Shown: positions 12,388-35,723 of the stretch, piece after piece
Position numbering within the stretch: the first letter of the stretch is position 1
Layout: each line of letters starts with the position of its first letter
NCBI RefSeq assembly: GCF_009914755.1
Contig: NC_060941.1
Length of the DNA stretch: 64,000 nucleotides
From: the human T2T-CHM13v2.0 reference genome, Homo sapiens
Direction: 5' to 3' (one strand)
Notes under the pieces: generated by a model
Databases searched by the model: none
The model's input: only the letters and a program-made list of their open reading frames with translations
Told to the model about the DNA's origin: nothing
Translations under genes and position numbers: made by a program

Positions 12388-12770
12388 GAAAATTTAAAAA
12401 TCAGCACAGTGGCACCATTCCTTGAGCCCAGGAGTTGGAGGGTGCAGTGAGCATGATGGGGCCACTGCACTCCAGCCTGGGTGACAGAGTGAGACCCTGT
12501 CAATTAATCAAATGAACCAACCAACCGAAAAACTCAGAAACCAAGGTCCAGAAAGAAGCCAGCCCAGGATCACACCTCAAGTCCATATTAAAGGCCAGAC
12601 ACAGTCTCTGGATAACCAAGGGGCATCTGCAGGAGGAGTTAGGTGGGAATTGGCTTGGGGTAGAGTCAGGTTGTGACTTGGACCCCATTAGCCATGAGAC
12701 CTCAGGCAAGTTCCTTGCTTTCTCTCAGTCTTTCTTTTCTTTCTTTCTTTTTTTTTTTTTTATTTTCTGA

Positions 12771-13061
<291 letters not shown>

Positions 13062-14518
13062 TAATAATACCTATCTAATCGGTTTTAGTAATGGTGGAGA
13101 TAATGCCTGAAAGTGCTAGTATAGAGGTTTAATAGCCAGCAAGGACTGTTATTAGAATGAATAGTAATATGACTACTGTCACATTTTGCAAATGTGTAAA
13201 GAAGAAAGAGGGCTAAGTGAATCAAAGGGAGACAGCCCCACTCACCCTGTTCTGCCCCAGAGGACTGAGCGATCCCCACCATCTGGCAAGCTGCCTCACC
13301 AGGAGGTCCAGCTGGGGCTACAGGACTGGCTACTTTGCTACAATGGCCTGTCTTTCCTGAGCCCAGTGGAGGGTCCCAGGGGGGCAGGAGTCATTGATAG
13401 GGGCCAGTAGGGTTGTAGAGCCACTGTCTGAACTTCTGTGGAGGTCTGGTGCAGGGGAGGTGTGAACAGATAGGAGGCTAGGTGAGGATGCAGCAGAGGA
13501 AGGGGGCAGGAGTGCCCCAGGAGGGGGCGGTACCGAGGCAGGGATTCAGCTGGGTCTGAGAGGGAGGCAAGGCTGAGGGGGATGGCCCTTTGGAGTGGGC
13601 AGGGACATGACCACAGAAAGCCTGGGAAGTGGAAACAGACAGGAGCCTGTTGGAGCTCTTGGAGCTTTGTGTGGGGCACTGGGGGAAGGAGGCAGGCACT
13701 CCACCCTGACCTGCCCCTACCTCGGATGAGGGTCTTCTCTGCCTGTTGGATGATGTGCTGCCCCTGCTCTTGGAGGAAGAGGCCTCCCAGCCACCCCCTC
13801 CTGCCAGTCGCCCTGACCTGCTGACCCAGACAGATCTGCTATCCCTACAGCATCCAGGAAGGCCACAGGGAGGGGGCCCAGGTGGCATGGGTTTCTGAGG
13901 CCTGGGATCTGCTCTCAGTCCCGCTCTCGCCAACCCCCTTTGCCCCTCTGTGACAGTGTGTGTACATATGCGTGCATGTGTGTACCTGTGTGGTGTGGCT
14001 CACAAGGTCACCCCTGGGGGTGGGATAATAAGAGGTAAAGTGTGACCCCCTCTCTTCCGTACATTCATTTTTTCAAGCTTGTGAATATTCACATTGTTAA
14101 TATAATCTTCTGCAGTCCCATGACTTCGAATAGCACTTAGATGCCGATGACCCCCCCACCAAAGAAACCCCACTGTCTCCCACAGACTCCAGGTCTGTAT
14201 CTCCAACTGCCTACTCAATACAACACGTCCACCTGATGCAATGAACTTAATGTGTCTAAACCCCAATTCCACATTTCCAGTCCTCCTACCGGCTCCTCCC
14301 CCAGTCTTCTCTACTTTACTGTATGACAACTCCATTTTTCCCAATACTGGTTTTAAAAACCCTGGAGTAGTCCTTGACTCCAGTCTCTCTCACCTTTCAA
14401 CCAATTCAGCAGCAAATACTGACAGCTCTACCTTTGCTCATCAAAGCATATTCCAAAATCACCCTATTCGAGACTGCACACTGTCATCTTTCCCTTCAAT
14501 TACAGCAGTAGCCTCCTA

Positions 14519-15995
<1,477 letters not shown>

Positions 15996-15999
15996 AAAC

Positions 16000-16852
16000 A
16001 AAAGAAGCAAAGTTTATTTTGCTCAGAGCTTCACAGTTTTAGGGGCTGGAAAGTGCAAGAACCTCATGCAGTATCTGGCAAAGGGCTGTCCCAGGATGGA
16101 AGGGCAGAAGGTGGAAGCAAATGAGAGACACGAAATTGGGCCAAATGTCGTCCATCCATCAGGAGCCACTCCCATGATAACAGTATTTATCTATTCAAGA
16201 GGGCAGAGCCCTCATGATCTAATTATCTTTTTTTTTTTCTCCTGCCTCGGCCTCTTGAGAAGCTGGGATTTTAGGCGCATGCCACCACACCCCGCTAATT
16301 TTTGTACTTTTAGTAGAGACGGGGTTTCACCACGTTGGTTGGGCTGGTCGCAAACTCCTGATCTCAGGTGATCCACCTGAGATCCACCACTTTGGCTTCC
16401 CAAAGTGCTGAGATTACAGGAGTGAGCCACCTCGCCCAGCTGACCTAATTACCTCTTAAAGGCCCCACCCTGCCCAGTGCAGTGGCTCAGGCCTGTAATC
16501 CCAACACTTTGGGAGGCTGAAGTGGGAGGACTGCTTGAGTTCAGGAGTTGGAAACCAGCCCAGGCAACACAGCAAGATCCTGTCTGTATGAAAAAAAAAA
16601 TTTTTTTTTTAATTAGCCAGGTGTGGTGGCACACATCTGTAGTTCCAGCTGCTCAGGAGGCCAAGGCAGAGGACTGCTTGAGCCCAGGCAGTTGAGGCTG
16701 CTGTGAGCCATGATCAACCCACTGCACTCCAGCCTGGGGGACAAGAGTGAGACCCTGTCTCAAAGAGAAAAAAAGTCCCATCTCTTAAGACAGTAGCAAT
16801 TGAATTTTTTATTTCAACATGAGTTGTGGCAGGGACATTCGAACCATAGCAC
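16000..16852 (-). mobile_element. MaLR LTR (MST/MLT1A-like) interrupted by Alus
   Basis: gagggcagagccctcatgatctaatta...cctcttaaaggccccacc...caacatgagt...cattcgaaccatagca. Confidence 0.6.
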
Positions 16853-17138
16853 CAAGGTTCTCCCCAAAGCTCTCCAAGACCTTCTTTGATCTGGTTCCTG
16901 CCCCCTTTCTGATCTCATCTCCCACCAATCTCCATCTATATCACCCAGTTCAGCCCTCCTGCCTCAGGGCCTTTGTACTTGGCCCCCTCTGGGTCACATT
17001 CCCTGATCTCTGATTCTATGTCTTCCTTCAGATTTTTGCTGTTTTCCTGAACCACCTTATCTAAAATAGCCTCTCAGCTTCTCCACTATAGCTCCCTTAC
17101 TCTGCTTTACTTTTGTTCTTATCCTTTATCACCAGTAG

Positions 17139-17288
<150 letters not shown>

Positions 17289-17330
17289 TGAGTAGCTGGA
17301 ATCACAAGTACCGCCACCACACCCAGCTAA

Positions 17331-17492
<162 letters not shown>

Positions 17493-18137
17493 TGATTCCT
17501 GTCTGCAACCCCAAGACACACAGTACTCTATACCCCAGGATGGCAGGGACATTGTTTTGTTCACTGGTCCATCCCTGTGGGAGGCACTAAAATACACATT
17601 TACTCAATAAAAATGACTCTGTATGTGGTGTGTCAGACTGTGTGTCCAGATGTCTTGGGACATTCTCTGGCAGCCTTTGCTGTTTGTGTCTTCAAATCAG
17701 ACCCTATCTTTAAATCTAACATGTCTCCTGTGAGAAGCCTGGTCCCTTAATACCTTTGTGGCTCTACAACTCTTCCCTCCTTGACTGTATCTCTTCCTCC
17801 AGGTCTTTGCTGTTTTCCTGAATCACCTTATCTAAAATAGCATCTCCTTTTCTCCATCATAAGCCCAGGTTTTGTGGGGCTGGGGGCTTATTTGCTTTTG
17901 GAGACCGTCTTCAAGAATACAAAAGATAAACACAAAATTACATATAAAAGTGAGTTTTGTTTTTTTTTTTAAGTTTCGGAAACCACGGCACATTACTGGA
18001 ATCTTGGAGACTGGCTTCTCTCCCTTTTGATCTCCATGCACAACTTACCTGAGATGTATTCTAATAGCAACCTGGCTTCCCCTCCACACTCAGCCTTTCA
18101 AGCGCCCATTAGCTTCGCAGTAAATCTCCCACACTAG

Positions 18138-18777
<640 letters not shown>

Positions 18778-19149
18778 CAGCCTTTGCCTTTTTCTCCTGT
18801 CCACAGAGACCCCGCAAACAAGCGCATCAGAGGATCTGGGTGGTGCGAGAGCCTCCTACAGCAGCCAGGTACACACAAGGCCTCAGTTTTTCCATCTGTG
18901 AAATGGGTACGTGGACAGACCTGTCCAGTAGCCTCCCATGTGAGAATCCTCGGACTGAGAGGGTACTAGGAGGGCTAATACAGCGCAGCCCTGTGATTCC
19001 CCACCTCTGTCCCTGGAATGAAGGAAATCTGGGTGTTAGTTCTGGCTTTGCCGATGCCTCTTGGGTGGCCTGGCTGAAACTAATCTCTCCTCATCAGGCC
19101 AGAAGGGAATCTGTGAAATGGGCTTTGAAACCTGCCTTGCCTTTCTCCG

Positions 19150-19407
19150 CCCGGTCCCAGCGGGGGTCCGATCGGCATCAAGGCTTCACCCACTCCCAGA
19201 GCCTTCGGGATCAGCCCCACCCCATCAGCAGGACACAGCCCATGCCACTGGAAATCTCGCGAGAATCCCGCGCTGAAGCGAAGTCGAGACGTTTGACCTT
19301 CCTCCGTTTCCGTAGTTCCGAGTTGCGGTTTCTCCGTTAGTGCTTCCGGGTTGCAGCCAGGGAAGCCTCCGCGGTGGTGCAAGTGGAACCCAAGCCTTGA
19401 GGTTTCA
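19150..19407 (+). promoter_or_regulatory. COASY: COASY CpG-island promoter and non-coding first exon
   Basis: Palindromic TCTCGCGAGA (BANP/ZBTB33-type motif) at 19255-19264, ETS-like cttccgg at ~19343, donor GTGAGT at 19408. Confidence 0.7.
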
Positions 19408-19599
19408 GTGAGTAGGGGGCCGACGTGAGCTTTAGCGTCCCCCTTTAGCCTCCCTCTTCGATTCCTTGAAGACCCTGGTGCAGCTTAGCAAGAGGGCCCA
19501 GGATTTTTGGATCCCCAGCCCTGTGACAAGGGTTCCTGTCCAGTTTCCCCCTCCCAGGATTTCGACTCAGTTCAGCGAAGTCACCGCCCCGTCTGAGAA

Positions 19600-19675
19600 A
19601 TGAGGACACCAAGGCTTAGAGCACAGCCCCGAGGCGCCGTCTACCAGGCCCCGTCCCCTCCCCCGGCTCCTGTCG
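19600..19675 (+). CDS. COASY: COASY isoform-beta alternative N-terminal coding segment
   Basis: ATG 19600 gives MRTPRLRAQPRGAVYQAPSPPPAPV-G; donor at 19676 splices in frame to acceptor 19800 (LGS-M), a 29-aa extension. Confidence 0.8.
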
Positions 19676-19789
19676 GTCAGCACTGAAACCCCGTCCCTGC
19701 TCCAGGCCTCCTTCTCTGGGGTCCAAGGTCCCATACAGGCCTCTGCCTCGGCCGCAGGCCCTTCAGTCACCGTCGCCTCGTCTCCCTGA

Positions 19790-23191
<3,402 letters not shown>

Positions 23192-23443
23192 TGACAAGCG
23201 ACCCCGTGGTGAGGAGAAATGGGGGCCTTGATGCTCACCCTGGTTCAGGCCCAGAGGTCCAAGCTATACTGTGCAGGACATGGCCAGGCCTGGTGGACAC
23301 AGGAAGCCTACCCAACACGCTGGTATTTGGCCAACACTGAGGATGTGGTTCATGGGGGAGCAGTCCCCTCCCCACTCTTGCCCATGGGTGACTCTTACCC
23401 ACAGCTGACTAGGGCCAGCGCAAATACTGGAACCTGTAACAGA

Positions 23444-23449
23444 ATTAAA
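23444..23449 (+). terminator. COASY: COASY poly(A) signal ATTAAA
   Basis: ATTAAA ~290 nt after the stop with GT-rich downstream sequence. Confidence 0.7.
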
Positions 23450-23799
23450 GGTGAATGTTCTGAGATGTTGCTTGTATGGTGTCTGCTTCCTGTTCCAATG
23501 CCCCTAAGTATCTTTGGGATCCTTAAGCCACAAGTGCAGGGCCCAGGCCTGAGCTGGAAGCCTGGGCAATGCAGTGGTTAAGAGAATGGCCTTTGAGGCT
23601 AGCCAGAGGCGAGCTTTGGCCCTCCCACTGACCAGCTGTGTTCTTCTGAGTAAGGTGTAGACTTTCTAGGTACTGCCGTGTTTTATTGTTTTTGTTTTGT
23701 TTTTAATATGAGAGGCCGCATAACCTAGCTAGCAGGTTCTTTGCAAGGGTTCATTCCACATGCATCCTGCCAGACACTGGGCTGGGTGTTGGAAGATCA

Positions 23800-24312
23800 G
23801 CCTTCCGCGCGCCAGGCGGGGCCTCTGCCCTCACAGAGCTTGCAGCCTGGTGGGGTCGGACGATGTGGCTGGGGGCTTCTCTGCCCGGTTCCTGACACAC
23901 CGGCCAGCAGTGCAGGTCCGGTGAGCGCGGGGAGGCCGCCCTCAGGGTAACGTGGGGAGCCGGCCGGCCGGACAGTGCGCGTGCACACACTATCTGCGGC
24001 GGTGTGCTGACAAGCCAATTGAGGGGACTCCATCTTACAAAACGCGCTTCATGTCGCCGCCATTCCACTGCCTAACCCGGGGAGGGCAGGCACGGCGGGG
24101 AGCAGTCTCGAAGGAGGCTGGCGCCAGGCCAAGCGCCGGGCCTTGACGGCTGGAACCGTGGAGTAAAGTCTTTGGGCTGCGCATGCGCGATGCTTCGCCC
24201 TGCCCCACCTCTCGGTCGCGGATTGGCGGGCGCGGGTCACGTGGGCACGCCACCCGCTTCCTCGCCGCAGGGGGCCCGCCCGCTGGCCCGTTTCCGGTCC
24301 GGTGGGTACAAG
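23800..24312 (+). promoter_or_regulatory. MLX: MLX CpG-island promoter
   Basis: NRF1-type TGCGCATGCGC at 24178-24188, inverted CCAAT at ~24222, E-box GTCACGTG at 24236-24243, ETS-like ttccgg. Confidence 0.7.
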
Positions 24313-28791
<4,479 letters not shown>

Positions 28792-29513
28792 CCGGTTCTT
28801 GGAAACCTGGAGAACAGCCAACAAGAGGCCCTTGAATCTCTACGTGGCCACTGAACTGCTGGGCCCGGGAGACTGGACTACAACACCTCACACTGGTCAG
28901 CTGGTTTCTACTTGGTGTTTGGTTTTTCCCAGCCCCATTTTATCTTCAGCGGAGCCGCGGTGTTTGTTTTGTGAAAGCTTCTGATTAATTTATTATATTG
29001 ACGATAAAACTCAAACCTACCCAGCCTTCCCCCCACTCCATGGAAGTCCTTGGGATGGGCGTCTGCTCTGGACACCCCAAAGAGCTCCTGCCCTCTCAGC
29101 CCTTTATTCAAGCCTCAGATTTCTGCTCATGATCTACATAGATTTGGAAACTGTTTTCCTCTGTTTTGGTCTCTTGGGCAACATTTTTGGCCCAAGTTTG
29201 GGCAACATTTGGCCCAAGTTTGGGCATTTTGGCAGTAGCTGTATGGGAGAAAAAGAGTAAGAGGAAATATTCCCACAGCCATGAAGGGTGAAAGGGCACC
29301 TTGTGCCTAGACTAGGGCTGCCTGGTCAGTCCCAGGTGAGGCCAAGGGCTTTCTGGCCATCTCAGGGAGGGGCCACCAGGTTCCTCCCCTCACCCCATAT
29401 TCCATCACCTTCCTCCTCTGCTCTGGGTGGTAAGGGAAGCCCTCCTGGTTCCCACAGGCTATGATGCTGCATGGCAGAGGCAGGTATAACACAGCACTAC
29501 ATATTGGAAATTT

Positions 29514-29519
29514 TTTATT
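29514..29519 (-). terminator. PSMC3IP: PSMC3IP poly(A) signal AATAAA (minus strand)
   Basis: TTTATT on the plus strand, ~640 nt past the PSMC3IP stop. Confidence 0.6.
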
Positions 29520-30155
29520 TTTCTAAATACCAATGCAGTTTTGCTACGGTTACAATTTTGAAATATTAACTGAGCCTCAAAATCACCCTTTCTGTCAAGC
29601 ATATCTTGGCCTCTCCCATGTCTCAGTGTTGCCTGCATTTCTCCCAGGACTTGGGGGTGGGGTGAAAAGCGTACAAAAGATACTTAAAAGGGCTCCTGGG
29701 GTACACAAGCCCAGCAGGTCCTGAGTGAAGCCGTGGGCCCTCCAAATGCTCGTTTTATAGCAACCTCTCTCTACCCTAGTTCTCCAAATTCACTTCTGCC
29801 TTCCTCAGGTTTGATATCTGGCAGGTTTGACTATCCAGAGGAAATTAAATATTTTTATATAAAATTAAATTATAATAAATATTGCCAAATGCTTTCCTTT
29901 AGCATTGTTCCAAGTCTAAATGTTAACCTCAAGCTACTGCAATTTAGACAATGAAATGGGCTGGGTCTACCCCCAGCCACCAGCCCTCATCCTCTCTACC
30001 CAGTGCTCTGGTTTATGCTTGTCTCCTGACTGCTCTGCTTAAAGGTGAAAGTAGCAGGAACAACAACAAAAGCCAACCAAAAACAAGGTAGCCAGTGCAA
30101 GACATCTCACTCTTCTGACATCCTGCAGTCCCCACCAGTCCTGACCGTGGGCCCC

Positions 30156-33100
30156 TCAGGGGTCTGGGAGTGTGACGTTGTAATCTTCATCCGTCTCTAT
30201 CCCAACTTCCTCCTGTGAGACAGGGAGACAAGTGAATGAGATGTCACCAGGATAAGACCACAGGGAAGCAAAGAAGGAAGAGAGCTCCACTTACAAAGAA
30301 CTGCTTCTTGCTCTTGGGGTATCCTTCAAGTATTGCATCAGACAGCTCTGTAGCCTGACAAGAAATAAAACCACCCGTTTTCAGATGGGCAGCACTGGGC
30401 ACTGCCTGTCAGTTTATGATATTGTGTAGCGGCTGATCTGGTGCCTGCCATTTTCAAAGGCACCTCCAGGGCCTGTCTCGGAGCTCCCACACACTTACCA
30501 TCCTCTTCCTCTTCCTCCACTCCTTACAGTACTTCTGCCTCTCTCTGTACACCTAGAAGGAAAAAGCAAGTTCCTCTAACTCCTCAGAACCACAGCAGCC
30601 CTCTGGGGCTCAGCCCTGATGTTCACTCTGGACCTGCACAGCGGTCCTACAGCCTTCCAGCTCACCTGCTCTTTCTCTTCTGGAGTCACATGATTGGTAG
30701 CTGCTTTAATGTTCTTCAATCTCTCTCTGTAGCCAGCGCATTCCTTCTTTAACTCCTGGATTTCTTTCTGCATCTCTGGTGTGGTCAGGGCACTAGATAA
30801 TTCCTTGAGCTCTGAAACCACATCCGCCTGGGGTCACTTGCTACCCCTGAGGAAGGAGTTCTGTCTTTCCCAGTGGGTGCTCCCTGAGGTGTTCCACCTT
30901 GCTCTGGATCTGTCATCTCACATGGAAACTAAGCCATACAGGATTATTTATTCTTCTAATTTTCTTTCCTCCTCCATCTACAAGTGGCGTGGGTGTGAGG
31001 TTGAACACTTACTTAGGCGTAGCCAGTTAAAGAAGCAGGAATAAAGGGAAACGTGGGGACAGTGTACTGATAATCGTGGCAGGGAGAACAAATGCGTATC
31101 TTGTCCATTTGTTGGTACACAAAAGCCGTTAGTTATCCTACATTTCTTTTTATGCCTAAGGGAGCCCAGCAAAGGGGTCTTAGCTGCAACAAGATGCTGC
31201 AGTCATTGAACCATTCATTTAGTAATTCCTGACCTCTAGAATGAACCTAAGCCTATGGGCACTTTGGAGGGGCTACCCAGTCCTACCAGCCTCCATGTAG
31301 CGGCAGCTCTGCTGCAAGCTCTGCACCTTAGCAGTGAGGGCCACGATTTTGCCATCTAGGACTTGAAGGTCAGCATCACTCACCATGTCAAACTGGTCCT
31401 GCCAGACAAAGAGGGAAAATACAAGTGAACTGTTGTGAGGCACAAAGATGGGAACACACACCTGGGAAGGCACCATTTGGATATGCTCAGGAACCAGCCA
31501 CACCCCAAAGTCTCCAGAGGGTCTGCAGAAATAGTGGGAGAGTACTTTTGAGAAATTGTTTTCAGTTAAGGAGCGGCCCCACTAAAAAGGTAGGAAAGAA
31601 AAGCTGAAATCTAATGCTTGTCCTTAAGCTACTAGGTTGACAGGATACTGATTAGGACAGAAATCTTCCCATTTAGTGATAAAACCACTACCTGGGCTGA
31701 AGCAGTTAAGTAACATTGTTCCCACGGTGGGGAAACCTAGATCATGGGTTTCCATAATAGATAGAAACTGGACAGGTGAAGAAGCATGATGGATGGGATG
31801 GATGGACTTCTTTTCTTCTTCCTTCCTGTCCTTTCTTCCCATCCTTCTTTCCACCTTCCTCTCTCCCTCCTTCCTTCCTTCCTTTTTCCTCCCTCCCTCC
31901 CTCTTTCTCCCTCCCTTCCCTCTTTTCCTCTCTTTCTTTCTCTGTCACCCAGGCCAGAGTGCAGTGGTGCAATCTTGGCTGACTGCAACCTCCGCCTCCT
32001 GGCTTCAAGCGATTCTCATGCCTCAGCCTCCTAAGTAGCTGGGATTACAGGCGCGCACCACCAAGCGCAGCTAATTTTTGTATTTTTAGTAGAGAAGGGG
32101 TTTCACCACGTTGCCCAGGCTGGTCTCAAACTCCTGGGCTCAAGTGATCCATCCGCCTCAGCCTCCCAAAGTGCTGGGATTACATGCATGAGCCACTATG
32201 CTGGGTCTTGGGATCCATGTAGATAAGGGATTCCAGTAAGTCTGAGGAGCTTCTCTCATGAGGGGCCATTGCTAGAAAAGAACTGCACTGGGGATCAGTG
32301 TGGGGGTGGGGGAGGTCACATCAGTTGGTGATGGGGAGCAGGTTGAAAAAGTATGCCAGCCAGTGCAGTCTGGACTCTACACTTGGGCAAGGTGAACCTA
32401 TAGGGCAGAGGCCAGCAAACTATGGCCAGCAAGCCAAATCCTGCCAGATGCATGTTTTTGAAAACAAAATTTTATTGAAACAGCCCCACCCGTTCATTTA
32501 CATAGTCTACAGCTGCTTCTGTTCTACAGTGGCAGAGGTGAGTAGTTGTGGCAGTTGTACAGCCAGCCATGACAAGAGATACATATGGCCCACAAATCCT
32601 AAAAATACTGTCTGGCCATTTGCAGAAAAAGTTTGCCAAACCCTCCTTTAGAGAATTATCTTTAGATGAGTAACACAATGCAGCCTGTTTTAGGAAAGTC
32701 AGCCTTAAAAGTGGTTTGGTTCAGTTTAACGAGTAATATCTGCTGGATGTTAGATACTGCGGAGGTGCTGATCAGATAAAAATGAATTGAGAAATGGGGT
32801 CTGCCCTAGAGGAACTTCAGTTGAATAAAGGAGACAAGTAAAAATTGTAATACAGCATGCCTCAAAAGAGGTAAGGGCCAGGCTGGGCACAGTGGCTCAT
32901 GCCTGTAATCCCAGCACTTTGGGAGGCCGAGGCGGGTGGATCACGAGGTCAGGAGATCAAGACCATCCTGGCTAACACGATGAAACCCCATCTCTACTAA
33001 AAATACCAAAAAAAAAAAAAAAAAAAAATTAGGCTTCGTGGCGGGTGCCTGTAGTCCCAGCTACTCTGGGAGGCTGAGGCGGGGGAATGGCGTGAACCCA

Positions 33101-34840
33101 GGAGGTGGAGCTTATAGTGAGCCGAGATTGTGCCACTGCACTCCAGCCTGGGTGACAGAGCGAGACTCCGTCTCAACAACAACAACAACAACAATAACAA
33201 AAAGAGATAAGGGCCTGAAAAAGAAACAATTAGCTCGGAGCATTCAAGGAAGATTTCTGGAAAAGGTGATGTCTAAGTGAAATCCTCAAGGAAAGAAAGA
33301 GCTGGCCAGGAAGAGAAGCAGGTACAGGGAAGACAACATGCAAAGGACAGAGCAGTAAAACACACCAGAATTATCTAGTGTTCGTGGATAGAAAAATAAT
33401 GAGGATTGGTGAGGCCAGAGGCTGGCTGGGGCGTCTTCCGGTGCCTTTTACATGTTTTTTGCAGCACTAGAGAGCCATTGAAGAGTTTTAAATAGGGAAG
33501 GTGCATGACCAGATCTATTTAGACAGATCATTCTGACTGCAATGTTTAAGAGTTTAAGATATGTTTGAAGAGCCAAGATCTGTTAGGAGGATACTGCAAC
33601 AAATAAAGAGGGCGTGAACTAGAGCAACCATGGCAGATGGAAAGGAGAGTGGATTCAAGAATGGAAAAATTAGCCAGGCTCTGTGGTTCACGCCTGTCCT
33701 CCCAGCACTTTGGGAGGCCAAGACAGGAGGATCACTTGAGCCCAGGAGTTGGGACCAACCTGGGCAGCACAGTAAGACCCATCTCTATAAAAATTAAAAA
33801 AATAAATAAAAACGGAAAAATCAGCTGGACTTGATGGTTGACTAGTAAAGGAAGTCAAGAATTGCTCCCAATTTCTGGTTTGGGTGAAGAGTAATTCCAT
33901 TAGGGGAGGAGAATGTTAGAAAGAAACCAGTCCGGGGTGGGGGGAAGATGAGGCATTCTACTGTGGCAATTTTGACTCTGATATTAATGCCTGACAGATT
34001 CCAGCTGGAGGTCTGGGCTGGAGAATATAAATTTGATATGTGTGTTTAGAGAATCGGATGGAGGCAGGAGGAACATCATTTGGCAGAGGGTGTTGCTAAT
34101 GTAGATGATAAGGAATAAGAGCTTTGGAGCGGAAATGGATCTTGGTAGCAACAATACAGAATCTTCTGTCATCCATCATATTGTAAATCTGGAAACCTCG
34201 TGAAGTTGGGATCCTAACAAGAGGAGTACACACCTTGATTTAAGGATGGTGGCCTAAGACAGGTGAGTTTTCCATGGGGGGCCTTGTCCCCAAAGAGTTC
34301 ACACCAGGAGTAGATTCACCCGTTGTCGGGCTCTCATGGGTGACAATCGGCGCAAGTTCTCCTCACCTGATCCGCAAAATAGATCTTCTGCTTGCCGTAC
34401 ATCTTCTCTTTGATCTTGCCTTGTTGCGCCAGCTGCTCCAGCGTCTTCACCACCACCTGGCAGAGGAGAGAGAAGGAGCAATCAGAGGAGTCTGAGCCTG
34501 GGTCTGGGGAAATCCAGCCAGTGATGTGGAAAACGCCCAAGGCTCCAAAGGGCACGACCCCAGCCTGAATCCAGGGAGTCCGACGGAGAGGGAATCCCGG
34601 GAGAAGGTCCTCACCGCCTTGCCCAGTCCGTGTTCCCGCTGTAGGTTCCCGAACACATCCTGGGAGCTGTAGGGCCGGTTCTGCTCCTGCAGGTACCTCA
34701 GGAGGATCCCGGCGGCTACGGAGAGAAAGGCAGGGGAGGGGGCCACTCAACCGACCTCCTCACCCACTGCCCTCCCGGGTCTTCCCCGCGCCCACGGCGC
34801 CGTTACCTCCCGCCGCAGCTTCTGCCCGGCCTTTACTCAT
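30156..34840 (-). CDS. PSMC3IP: Homologous-pairing protein 2 (HOP2/TBPIP/GT198), 217 aa
   Basis: Exons (minus) 34840-34807, 34715-34615, 34456-34367, 31398-31287, 30811-30666, 30552-30499, 30354-30295, 30212-30156 sum to 654 nt. [11 protein letters not shown]...[10 protein letters not shown]...[18 protein letters not shown]. Confidence 0.98.
30364..30369 (+). terminator. MLX: Candidate distal MLX poly(A) signal AATAAA (proximal candidate at 29874-29879)
   Basis: AATAAA on the plus strand inside PSMC3IP intron 6. Confidence 0.55.
31809..31942. repeat. CT-rich low-complexity tract (Alu-tail derived), possible H-DNA
   Basis: ~130 nt of near-pure pyrimidines next to an antisense Alu. Confidence 0.8.
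32405..32645. mobile_element. MER58A-like hAT-Charlie DNA transposon
   Basis: Terminal inverted repeats cagaggccagcaaact / agtttgccaaaccct and internal MER58-like motifs. Confidence 0.7.
33240..34100 (-). mobile_element. L2 fragments (with an inserted Alu monomer)
   Basis: gagccattgaagagttttaa...gaccagatc...agatcattctgactgc is typical antisense L2. Confidence 0.55.
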
Positions 34841-35300
34841 CGCCTTTCCCGCCACCCAACTCAGAAAGCCGGACGTTGTAGTTGCTCGGGGCGACGGCTC
34901 CTTCCGGCGACGGGGGCGGGCCTCGAACGGTGATTGGCTGAAGGGGAAGCCTTCCGGAGGAGCAAAGCGACCCCTCCCGGACTCCATAGTTCATTTCAGG
35001 TCGGAACTTGCGCATTCGGGCCGGACCTCAAGCCATGGGCCTCTGCGAAGGCGCCGGCGTGCCCACGGCTAAGAAACTTCCTCTTTCTGCTCCCGGGAAC
35101 GAAGGCTGTAGCAGAGAAGGCCTTCAAGTTTCGAGACCCAGTTCCAGCCGCAGCTGAGCACTGGTGACCTTGAATTAAGTCTAATGTTGGGATTGGAAGA
35201 CGCTTCAGACATCCGCTGCCGCCCTGGGCAAGCGACCAGCTCAAGGTTACCCCACAGGGACGTGCTCTGGTCCCACGGTCCAGTGCTCTTTTGTCGGTTA
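34841..35300 (-). promoter_or_regulatory. PSMC3IP: PSMC3IP CpG-island promoter/5'UTR
   Basis: CpG-dense; GC box at ~34913, CCAAT (minus) at 34934-34938, ACTACAA-type motif at ~34876. Confidence 0.65.
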
Positions 35301-35519
35301 GTTTTGTCATTTGTAAAATAGGAACAGTAGATAGTGGTAGGAAAGTGGTTGTGAAAACTTAATAGAAAGCTAAGCGCCTTGGTCGGGCGCAGTGGCATGT
35401 CACCCCTGCAATTCTATCACTTTGGGAGGCTGAGGCGGGCGGATCGTTTGAGCCCAGGAATTCGAAACCAGTCTGGGCAATATGAAACCCCATCTCTGCA
35501 AATAAAGTACAAAAAATTA

Positions 35520-35723
<204 letters not shown>

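Noticed and set aside
24236-24251. Possible ChoRE (MLX autoregulation) at CACGTG-gg-CACGCC
   Set aside because: A ChoRE needs 5-nt spacing between E-boxes; here it is 2. Better read as a single USF/TFE-type E-box.
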